From the IMG/VR virus record IMGVR_UViG_3300020438_000143, positions 1-32,665 of that record: DNA of 32,665 bases; one strand, written 5' to 3'. The notes below the pieces were generated by a model. It was not told the origin of the DNA and did not search any database. It saw only the letters and a list, made by a program, of their open reading frames with translations. A program made the translations under genes and the position numbers. Every line of letters starts with the position of its first letter. The stretch's first letter is position 1. The DNA is from a virus (taxonomy: Duplodnaviria; Caudoviricetes). Below, piece after piece: positions 1 through 7,661 of the stretch.

Positions 1-1
1 T

Positions 2-1609
2 GAATATATGGAAACTATATGGCGAAACTCACCTATGCTTAGAGATATATGCGATGGTGATAGTGGTCCTAGACGAGACACTGATAGATGTACTCTTCGT
101 TTGAATGAAAGCACCGTAACTTGCCTACCTCTTGGTGATGGTCAAAAAATTAGAGGCCAAAGAGCTAACGATATTATTGCTGACGAATTTGCATCTATAC
201 CTAGAGAGATATTTGAAAATGTTGTAGCTGGTTTTGCAGCTGTTAGTGCTGACCCAGTAGAAAATGTAAAGAGGGTGGCTGCTCAGAAAAAAGCAGAAGA
301 ATTAGGAGTGTCATTTGAAGAAGAACAAAGAGAAGTCAAGAAAGATAATCAAATTATTTTATCAGGTACTGCTTATTATGATTTTAATCACTTCGCTACA
401 TATTGGAAAAAATGGAAATCTATTATACAAAGTAGAGGCAAGGCCAACAGGTTAAGAGAAATATTTGGAGAAGATCCACCAGAAAATTTTGATTGGACTC
501 AGTATTCTATTATTCGTATGCCTTATGAATTATTGCCTAAAGGTTTTATGGACGCAGACCAAGTAGCACGTTCTAAAGCCACTGTTCATACTGGCATATA
601 CCAAATGGAGTATGGAGCCTGCTTCACCAGAGACAGTCAAGGATTCTTTAAGCGTTCACTAATAGAATCTTGTGTTATTTCTAATGACAAAGCTATTAAA
701 GATAGTAATGATAATGAAATACATTTTGAAGCCTCATTAATGGGAAGTAAAGACAAATATTATATATATGGAGTTGACCCTGCTTCAGAAGTAGATAATT
801 TTAGTATAGTAATATTAGAAGTAAATTTAGATCACAGAAGAATTGTACATTGCTGGACCACTACTAGGTCTGCACATAAGGAAAAAGTTAAGAAAGGCTA
901 TGTTTCTGAAACAGACTTTTACGCCTACTGTGCAAGAAAGATTAGAGATCTTATGAAACTATACCCATGCCTACACATAGCTATGGATGCTCAAGGTGGT
1001 GGCGTTGCTGTTATGGAATCTTTGCATGATAAAGATAAGATCAAGGAAGGAGAGATAGCAATATGGCCCGTAATTGATGACAACAAAGAAAAAGACACAG
1101 ACGGAGAACGTGGGTTGCATATTCTAGAAATGTGTCAATTTGCCAAATATGATTGGCTAGCTGAATCGAATCATGGTATGAGAAAAGACTTTGAGGATAA
1201 AGTTTTATTATTCCCATTCTTTGATCCTGTAAGTCTAGATATATCTCAACACCAAGACGAAACAAAAAATAGAATGTTTGATACTTTAGAAGAATGCGTA
1301 TTAGATATAGAAGAATTAAAAGATGAATTGTCTATGATACAAATGACCCAAACGGCTTCTGGTCGTGACAGATGGGATACACCTGAAGTTGTTGTGGGAA
1401 CTGGTAAAAAGAGTAAAATGAGAAAAGATAGATATTCAGCATTGTTAATGGCTAATATGGCTGCTAGAATATTACAGAGAACTCCAACGCAAGCAGATTA
1501 TGAATTTTATGGAGGCTTTGCAACTGGAGGACACAAACCAAAAGAAAAAGATGAAAATATGTATACTGGTCCAAGTTGGTTTGCAGATTCTATGAAAGAT
1601 GTGTATTAA
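2..1609 (+). CDS. terL: Terminase large subunit, 5'-truncated by the window
   Basis: Frame is open from base 2 (GAA TAT ATG...). Walker B region IRGQRANDIIADEFA, coupling motif IILSGTA, RNase H-like nuclease motifs YIYGVDPAS, MDAQGGG and KDRYSALLMA. Walker A is not seen and presumably lies upstream. Confidence 0.92.
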   Translation, partial: EYMETIWRNSPMLRDICDGDSGPRRDTDRCTLRLNESTVTCLPLGDGQKIRGQRANDIIADEFASIPREIFENVVAGFAAVSADPVENVKRVAAQKKAEELGVSFEEEQREVKKDNQIILSGTAYYDFNHFATYWKKWKSIIQSRGKANRLREIFGEDPPENFDWTQYSIIRMPYELLPKGFMDADQVARSKATVHTGIYQMEYGACFTRDSQGFFKRSLIESCVISNDKAIKDSNDNEIHFEASLMGSKDKYYIYGVDPASEVDNFSIVILEVNLDHRRIVHCWTTTRSAHKEKVKKGYVSETDFYAYCARKIRDLMKLYPCLHIAMDAQGGGVAVMESLHDKDKIKEGEIAIWPVIDDNKEKDTDGERGLHILEMCQFAKYDWLAESNHGMRKDFEDKVLLFPFFDPVSLDISQHQDETKNRMFDTLEECVLDIEELKDELSMIQMTQTASGRDRWDTPEVVVGTGKKSKMRKDRYSALLMANMAARILQRTPTQADYEFYGGFATGGHKPKEKDENMYTGPSWFADSMKDVY

Positions 1610-1610
1610 T
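1601..1610 (+). promoter_or_regulatory. Putative late promoter motif GTGTATTAAT upstream of portal
   Basis: Same GTGTATWWW core as at 3701, 6809 and 28241; overlaps the last terL codons (GTG TAT TAA); 47 nt before the portal ATG. Confidence 0.55.
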
Positions 1611-1647
1611 ACATATACAATCCAATTACATTCCGATTGAGGTAAAA

Positions 1648-3678
1648 ATGAGTGAAGAAGATATGATAACTTGGCAAGAAGGTGATGACGAAGGCAAAGC
1701 TAAAGCTATGTCTCAATTCTCTGACAATGTTCAGGCTTATAGTGGTCTAAACAAAAGTCAAGGCAATCACTACAGACATTTTATTGACATTGAACCTAAC
1801 CGATCTGTTAAGCCGGGATTTACTTCTAAGGACTATTATGCGTTCAGGCCCGACGAAGCTGTGCCTAATCAGCAAAGAAGAATAATTAAAATGTGCATGG
1901 ATGCATACGACAAAGTTGGCATCATTCGTAATATTATTGATCTCATGGGAGACTTTGGTAGTCAAGGCATTCAAATTGTACATAAAGATAGAAGCGTTGA
2001 GAAATTTTATCAACAATGGTTTAAAAACATAAATGGTAAAGAAAGATCAGAAAGATTTCTTAACAATCTTTATAAAACTGGAAATGTAATTATTTATAGA
2101 AGTTATGCAAATATAACTCCTCAGTTAAGGAGCTATATGAAAGCCCTGTCTTCTGACATTAAGGTTGAAGTTCCTTCTGCACCAGAAAACCAAATACCTT
2201 GGCGATACAATTTCTTCAACCCTCTTACTGTAAAGATGAAGGAAGGCCAACTGTCTTTATTTATGGGTAGGCAAAACTATACAATAACTACCAATTCATT
2301 TTTCGACAAATTTAGATCTGGAGATCTTCCTAATCATGTGATCGAAACTTTACCTGTAAACGTAAAGCAAGCTATATTAAAAGGACAAAAAGATATACCA
2401 CTAGACCCAGAACGTCTTACAATATCTTATTATAAAAAAGATGATTGGAAGCAGTGGGCTAACCCAATGATATATGCTATATTAGATGATATTGTCATGC
2501 TTGAAAAGATGAGACTCGCTGACATGTCCGCATTAGATGGAGCTATATCAAATATTAGATTATGGACTTTAGGTAATTTGGATCATAAGATACTACCTAA
2601 TAAAGCAGCCATTAATAAATTACGAGACATTCTATCCAGTAACGTTGGCGGTGGCACTATGGAACTAGTCTGGGGGCCAGAACTTTCGTTTCAAGAATCT
2701 AGTAGTGAAGTATATAAATTCTTAGGTTCCGAGAAATATACTTCCGTATTGAATAGCATCTACGCTGGCCTTGGTGTGCCGCCAACGCTTACTGGTATGG
2801 CTAGCAATGGTGGTGGGTTTACAAACAACTTTATATCACTTAAAACATTACTAGAAAGACTTCAGTACGGAAGAGACTTGCTTACTAAGTTTTGGGAAAA
2901 AGAATTAGAAATTGTACGAAAGTCTATGGGCTTTAGATATAAGGCTCATATACAATTTGATCAAATGACTCTTTCTGATGAAGCTGCTGAAAAGAATCTC
3001 CTTATACAACTTGCTGACAGAGATATCATTAGTCATGAAACATTACTTGAGAGATTCAAGGAAATACCTCAGATAGAAAACATTAGAATTAAAAGAGAGC
3101 TTTCTAAGAGAGACGAAGCTGGTCCTCCAAAGGCAAGTCCTTATCATAATCCTAACCATGATCAAGATATAGAGAAAATGGATAAGCAAGGACAGATTAA
3201 TTTAAAGCAAGAAAAAGAAAAACAAAAATCTGTTAAACGTAACACCAATACAGATATTAAAGATGATGGCAGACCACCAAATAGTCTGGATAATGGACCA
3301 AGAAAGAAACGTGTTGAAAAACCAAAAACACAACCGGGACTTGCTGAAACTTTGGTGTGGGCAGAAAATTCATGGTCCAAAATTTCTGATACCGTAAATA
3401 ATGCTTTCCTAAATTCTCACAATAAGAAAAACTTAAGACAGCTAACAAAAGCTCAAGTTAAAGACCTAGAATTAATTAAGCTAGATGTGTTCACTAATTT
3501 TGACACTCATGAAAGTGTTAACCCCACGACCATATTTAAAAAGCTTAAATCTGGCGTAAAAACAGATAAAGAGTTTAAAAAGATTATGTTTGAAAATAAT
3601 ATTAATCTTGACAATATGAGCATAGACGACTACAGAACATACGTTATAGGATTGATCGTAGATATTAAAACCGGCTAA
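1648..3678 (+). CDS. Portal protein (676 aa from the ATG at 1648)
   Basis: Lies between terminase and protease; portal-like segments (AYDKVGIIRNIIDLMGDF, IYAGLGVPPTL, ISHETLLERF). Start moved from the TTG at 1576 to the ATG at 1648 because GAGG precedes it at 1639-1642. Confidence 0.85.
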   Translation: MSEEDMITWQEGDDEGKAKAMSQFSDNVQAYSGLNKSQGNHYRHFIDIEPNRSVKPGFTSKDYYAFRPDEAVPNQQRRIIKMCMDAYDKVGIIRNIIDLMGDFGSQGIQIVHKDRSVEKFYQQWFKNINGKERSERFLNNLYKTGNVIIYRSYANITPQLRSYMKALSSDIKVEVPSAPENQIPWRYNFFNPLTVKMKEGQLSLFMGRQNYTITTNSFFDKFRSGDLPNHVIETLPVNVKQAILKGQKDIPLDPERLTISYYKKDDWKQWANPMIYAILDDIVMLEKMRLADMSALDGAISNIRLWTLGNLDHKILPNKAAINKLRDILSSNVGGGTMELVWGPELSFQESSSEVYKFLGSEKYTSVLNSIYAGLGVPPTLTGMASNGGGFTNNFISLKTLLERLQYGRDLLTKFWEKELEIVRKSMGFRYKAHIQFDQMTLSDEAAEKNLLIQLADRDIISHETLLERFKEIPQIENIRIKRELSKRDEAGPPKASPYHNPNHDQDIEKMDKQGQINLKQEKEKQKSVKRNTNTDIKDDGRPPNSLDNGPRKKRVEKPKTQPGLAETLVWAENSWSKISDTVNNAFLNSHNKKNLRQLTKAQVKDLELIKLDVFTNFDTHESVNPTTIFKKLKSGVKTDKEFKKIMFENNINLDNMSIDDYRTYVIGLIVDIKTG

Positions 3679-3700
3679 TACACATTTTTTTTAATATTTT

Positions 3701-3709
3701 GTGTATAAT
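3701..3709 (+). promoter_or_regulatory. Putative late promoter motif GTGTATAAT upstream of the protease/scaffold-decoration-capsid unit
   Basis: Intergenic, T-rich upstream, 26 nt before ATG 3727 with SD GAGGG between; also reads as an extended -10 (TG-TATAAT). Confidence 0.65.
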
Positions 3710-3726
3710 GTTTACGAGGGCAACGT

Positions 3727-5217
3727 ATGAAAATATATAAACAAGAAATCAAAGACGATATTGCAGAACTGGTGCAATCTAGCGCCAGTATAGCTTATTG
3801 TATGCCCGCTACTATTTGCGATACCGCTAACGATGAATCTCTAGCTTTTGCTAATAAAGTTAAGGCAGATAGTGGGAACCCAAAACAAATAGATTTATTT
3901 TACTTGAAATCAGTATTGGTTTCAACAGGTTGGAATAAAAATGATGATGTGTTTCAGACTCAAGCAACTTGGAATGCAAGGAACACGCCAGAAGATAAAC
4001 AATTCAATTTTATGCACAATGAGAACGATATTATTGGGCATATTACAGGAAGTTACGTTGTTGATAAAAACGGCAGCGTGGTAGACGATGATACTCAGCC
4101 GGATGATTTCGACATTATCACCGAGGCTGTGTTATATAATAGCTGGACAGATCCAGAAAACAGACAGCGCATGAATCAAATTATTGCTGAAATAGAAGAA
4201 GGCAAATGGTTTGTTTCTATGGAATGTTTGTTTGCTGGTTTTGACTACGCTTTGTTAGATGAAAGTGGTGGTGCAAAACTTCTTGAACGTAACGAGGGTT
4301 CTGCATTCTTAACTAAGCATTTACGAGCATACGGTGGTACTGGAGAATATGAAGGCTATAAACTGGGACGATCATTAAGAGACATTTCTTTTTCTGGTAA
4401 AGGTTTAGTATCTAAACCAGCGAATCCAAGAAGTGTAATACTTGATTCTAGCAGAGCTTTCTCTCTAAATTCTAACACATCAATTTTAACTAGTTTCCCT
4501 GAAGGAGATAATGACATGTCAGATACCAATCTCTTAGAGAAGCAACTTGCTGAAATGAAAAGTGAGTTAGCATCTGCTAAAGAAGAAAATGTAGCACTTC
4601 GAGAAGAAGTCGAAGCTACTTCAGCTAAAGAGCAAGGCGCAGCTGTTGCCAAGCTTGAAGAAACGTTGGCAGCTAAAGATGAAGCAATTGCAGCTCTTGA
4701 AGTTACAGTGGCTGAAAAAGAAGCATCCATTACGGAACTTCAAGAATCATTGGAAGCCAAAGACAATGAGTTTAAAGAAAGAATGGAAGAGCTTAAGAAG
4801 ATGAAGAAGGAAAAGAAGACTGAAGCTCGCAAGGCTGCACTTCTTGATCTTGGTTTTGAGGCTGAAGAAGCTGAAGAAACACTTGCTTCTTACGAAGAGT
4901 TTGATGACGCTACTTTTGATACCATTATCTCAGCAATGACGAAGATGGAAAAGAAAGTTGGCAAAGTCAAGAAGGACGAAGAAGACGAAGCCAAGGCAAA
5001 GCCTACGGAAGAAGACGAGAAAAAAGCCAAGGCTAAACCACCAGTTAAAGCAGAAGAAGCTGAAGAAGCTGAAGCTGAAGTAGCTGCTGAAGAAGCTCTT
5101 GAAGAAGTAGAAACCACTGAGGCAACTCTGGTAGACGCTTCTGATGAAAATGAAGAACTAGAAGCCACTAGAGCGAGTGTCGCTGAATGGCTCGAAAACA
5201 ACGTACTCAGTAAGTAA
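3727..5217 (+). CDS. Prohead maturation protease fused to acidic coiled-coil scaffold
   Basis: N-terminal ~250 aa carry HK97/assemblin-type protease-like motifs (NKNDDVF, QFNFMH, IIGHI, WFVSMEC, GLVSKPANPRSVI); C-terminal half is Glu/Ala/Lys-rich and helical; located between portal and capsid. Confidence 0.8.
   Translation: MKIYKQEIKDDIAELVQSSASIAYCMPATICDTANDESLAFANKVKADSGNPKQIDLFYLKSVLVSTGWNKNDDVFQTQATWNARNTPEDKQFNFMHNENDIIGHITGSYVVDKNGSVVDDDTQPDDFDIITEAVLYNSWTDPENRQRMNQIIAEIEEGKWFVSMECLFAGFDYALLDESGGAKLLERNEGSAFLTKHLRAYGGTGEYEGYKLGRSLRDISFSGKGLVSKPANPRSVILDSSRAFSLNSNTSILTSFPEGDNDMSDTNLLEKQLAEMKSELASAKEENVALREEVEATSAKEQGAAVAKLEETLAAKDEAIAALEVTVAEKEASITELQESLEAKDNEFKERMEELKKMKKEKKTEARKAALLDLGFEAEEAEETLASYEEFDDATFDTIISAMTKMEKKVGKVKKDEEDEAKAKPTEEDEKKAKAKPPVKAEEAEEAEAEVAAEEALEEVETTEATLVDASDENEELEATRASVAEWLENNVLSK
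4516..5217 (+). CDS. Probable nested in-frame scaffolding protein (233 aa, MSDTNLLEKQ...)
   Basis: AAGGAGA at 4502-4508 sits 7 nt before an in-frame ATG exactly where composition switches to acidic coiled coil. Confidence 0.65.
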   Translation: MSDTNLLEKQLAEMKSELASAKEENVALREEVEATSAKEQGAAVAKLEETLAAKDEAIAALEVTVAEKEASITELQESLEAKDNEFKERMEELKKMKKEKKTEARKAALLDLGFEAEEAEETLASYEEFDDATFDTIISAMTKMEKKVGKVKKDEEDEAKAKPTEEDEKKAKAKPPVKAEEAEEAEAEVAAEEALEEVETTEATLVDASDENEELEATRASVAEWLENNVLSK

Positions 5218-5235
5218 TTTAAAGGAGATACAAAC

Positions 5236-5694
5236 ATGGCTCTAAAATCAGATAGATATGAACTTCAAACTGACATTAGCTTTTTCTATAATGCTGCTGC
5301 GACTACTCGCGGTTGTGTTGTATGTCACACTGGTGCTGGTGGCACTGGAGCAGCTATGGATCAGGGCGCAAATCTTTGCGCAAAATCAGCCTCTAGTTCG
5401 GCAAAGGTGCTTGGCATCTTGTTGAATGATGTAGTTGATAAAGACCTTACTCGTACTCATCTTAATCAATATAAGGATGAAGTACAAAAGGGTGGTAAAG
5501 TTACTGTACTCCGCAAGGGTTACGTTGTAACTAATAATATTACAGATCTTGCATCTGTAGACGCTGGCGACCCTGCTTACCAGTGCGAAACCACGGCTGG
5601 CAACATCGCCACTAGTGGTACTAATGTAATTGGTGCTTTCCTTTCAGCAGAAGACGCTGACGGTTATGCCAAAGTCGAAGTTAACCTACCCTGA
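5236..5694 (+). CDS. Head decoration / capsid cement protein (152 aa)
   Basis: Small Gly/Ala-rich beta-type protein immediately upstream of the capsid gene with strong SD AAAGGAGA. Call rests mainly on size and synteny. Confidence 0.65.
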   Translation: MALKSDRYELQTDISFFYNAAATTRGCVVCHTGAGGTGAAMDQGANLCAKSASSSAKVLGILLNDVVDKDLTRTHLNQYKDEVQKGGKVTVLRKGYVVTNNITDLASVDAGDPAYQCETTAGNIATSGTNVIGAFLSAEDADGYAKVEVNLP

Positions 5695-5720
5695 ATAACA
5701 TACTAAAGGAGAAAAACAAT

Positions 5721-6749
5721 ATGCCTATTAATGAAAGACCTAGTGATGAATTCATCAGTCTCCTCCGTAAATCAGGGGATGCAGATGTAAACGTAGCGCA
5801 AGCTGCACAAAGAGAGTTTGCAAAAGCTCTTGAGCTTCCACTCCGTAAGGGTGTCCTTGTTGGCAACATCCTCGGAAATATTTTCGAGACTATCAATGTC
5901 GAAGCTGGCTCTACTACAGAGTTTCCACTCGACCTTATTAGTCCCGGTCTAGAAGGCGAACATGTCGCTTATACCAATCCCGGTCATGGTAGAATTCCAG
6001 AACGTGCGGTTGAAAGCGATTACGTCATGATTCCAACGTACAACATTGCATCATCTGTAGATTATCTTCTACGATATGCTAAAGAAGCACGTTGGGATGT
6101 TGTTGGTCGCGCCATGCAAGTCATGGAAGCTGGCTTCGTAAAGAAGATGAATGATGACGGATGGCACACGCTCCTCGCAGCTGGTGTTGACCGTAACATT
6201 CTCGTTTATGATGGCGATGCAACAGCCGGTCTCTTCAGTAAGAGACTTGTTTCCCTTATGCAGACTGTTATGCGCCGTAATTCCGGTGGTAATAGCGCCT
6301 CTGTTGGTAGAGGAAGACTTACAGATATGTATGTTTCTCCAGAAGCTCTGGAAGACGTTCGTAACTGGGGTCTCGATCAAGTAGATGAAGTAACTCGTCG
6401 TGAAATTTATACGTCATCTGAAGATGGTGCGCCTATCACACGCATCTTTGGTGTTAATCTTCACGATCTTGATGAGCTTGGCGAAGGCCAAGAGTATCAG
6501 TCGTTCTTCACTTCTGATCTTAGTGGAAATGTCGCCCAATCTGGTGGTGGACATGCCGCTAATGACGTTGAGCTTGTTGTAGGTCTGGATCAGTCCAGCA
6601 ACGACAGCTTTGTAATGCCCGTCAAGGAGCAGCTTCAGGTCTACGAAGATCCTACGTTGCACCGTCAGCAGAGAGCTGGCTATTATGGCTGGTCAGAGCT
6701 TGGCTTTGGCGTTCTAGATAATAGAAGAATCATTCTTGGATCATTCTAG
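5721..6749 (+). CDS. Major capsid protein, probably HK97 fold (342 aa)
   Basis: Size and position; strong SD AAAGGAGA; higher GC than flanking genes; followed by a terminator; C-terminal pattern GYYGWSELGFGVLDNRRI fits HK97-type capsid ends. Confidence 0.88.
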   Translation: MPINERPSDEFISLLRKSGDADVNVAQAAQREFAKALELPLRKGVLVGNILGNIFETINVEAGSTTEFPLDLISPGLEGEHVAYTNPGHGRIPERAVESDYVMIPTYNIASSVDYLLRYAKEARWDVVGRAMQVMEAGFVKKMNDDGWHTLLAAGVDRNILVYDGDATAGLFSKRLVSLMQTVMRRNSGGNSASVGRGRLTDMYVSPEALEDVRNWGLDQVDEVTRREIYTSSEDGAPITRIFGVNLHDLDELGEGQEYQSFFTSDLSGNVAQSGGGHAANDVELVVGLDQSSNDSFVMPVKEQLQVYEDPTLHRQQRAGYYGWSELGFGVLDNRRIILGSF

Positions 6750-6778
6750 TTCTATTAACTATAATGTCTGCACATTTG

Positions 6779-6808
6779 AGCTGCCTTCGTTACCGGAGGC
6801 AGCTTTTT
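6779..6808 (+). terminator. Intrinsic terminator after the capsid gene
   Basis: AGCTGCCTTCG-TTAC-CGGAGGCAGCT forms an 11-bp stem (one G-U pair) followed by a short T run, 30 nt after the capsid stop. Confidence 0.85.
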
Positions 6809-6818
6809 GTGTATATAT
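6809..6818 (+). promoter_or_regulatory. Putative late promoter motif GTGTATATAT
   Basis: Starts directly at the end of the terminator T tract, 55 nt before ATG 6864; matches the recurring motif. Confidence 0.6.
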
Positions 6819-6863
6819 CAATAGAAACCCCCACCTACGTAGGACATATACGGGAGAAAAAAT

Positions 6864-7628
6864 ATGGCTGCTATTTCGGATTATCTTGAGACAAAGATAT
6901 TGAATCATATATTCAGAGAATCTAATTTCTCTAAACCAAGTAATATAAGTATTGCACTAACGTCTGATGTTGCTAAAGACAATCAATCTGGATCTACAAT
7001 ACCTGAAATCCCTGCGTCTGTCACTGTCGGAGAATCTTCTTTCACGACTAATTACGGAAGACAGAGCTTGCAAAATCCATCTGAGGTTGGAGACAGCCGA
7101 TGGTTTGCTGTTGGAAGAGATGACAATACTACCTATCAAGTATATCTTCCAGAATCATCTCCCGTTGGACTTGCTGAAGGCGATAGTAATGTATTTACAG
7201 AAAGTGTTGGTAGTGGCTACTACTATCCACTGTTTCCAGCAAACGATTCTGATGCTGAACAAACAACTACAGCTAAAAATTTAGCTAAGTTACTAGATAA
7301 TAACGATCAAAATTATATTTTTAAGTTTGAAGATGAATACTCAGGGGTTAGCTTTTATTCTCCTAGACAGGGTGTTTCATCTGGAGTAGTCCAAGATGGT
7401 GGAAGTCTTTTGTACGAAGGTAATGGGTTTATCAAAAATGCTAATCAAATTGTCTTTGAACCTGCATTTAGAGATTGGGGATTTGTTTCTGGTATAGCAA
7501 TTTTAGATAGCTCTAATTTTGGTGAGGGCAATCTATTAATGTATGCTCAACTCAGAAACCCTAGATTTATTTATACTGGAGACCAAATTAAATTTGATAC
7601 ACGATCTCTAGAAATTAGCTTAACATAA
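6864..7628 (+). CDS. Virion structural protein of the widespread 'SDYLE..ILNH / DWG.V..IAI.D...GNLL' family, with an internal insertion
   Basis: N-terminus MAAISDYLETKILNHIFR and C-terminus NANQIVFEPAFRDWGFVSGIAILDSSNFGEGNLLMYAQL...GDQIKF resemble a common small phage minor structural/fibre-associated family (recalled, not searched); SD GGGAGA. Confidence 0.7.
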   Translation: MAAISDYLETKILNHIFRESNFSKPSNISIALTSDVAKDNQSGSTIPEIPASVTVGESSFTTNYGRQSLQNPSEVGDSRWFAVGRDDNTTYQVYLPESSPVGLAEGDSNVFTESVGSGYYYPLFPANDSDAEQTTTAKNLAKLLDNNDQNYIFKFEDEYSGVSFYSPRQGVSSGVVQDGGSLLYEGNGFIKNANQIVFEPAFRDWGFVSGIAILDSSNFGEGNLLMYAQLRNPRFIYTGDQIKFDTRSLEISLT

Positions 7629-7661
7629 TCCTAGTCACCTTACACCTTCAAAGGCCTTATA

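Noticed and set aside
8-10. ATG at 8 as the terminase start
   Set aside because: The frame is open to the window edge and the Walker A region is missing, so the gene begins upstream.
2-1609. Intein or intron in the terminase
   Set aside because: No intein splice motifs or homing endonuclease signature in the visible part; ATPase and nuclease motifs are contiguous.
1576-1647. TTG start at 1576 for the portal
   Set aside because: It overlaps terL, has no SD and lies upstream of the putative promoter motif; ATG 1648 has GAGG at suitable spacing.
4356-5237. Minus-strand ORFs of 124 and 115 aa
   Set aside because: Ser/Ala-rich shadows of the GAA/GCT-rich scaffold coding strand.
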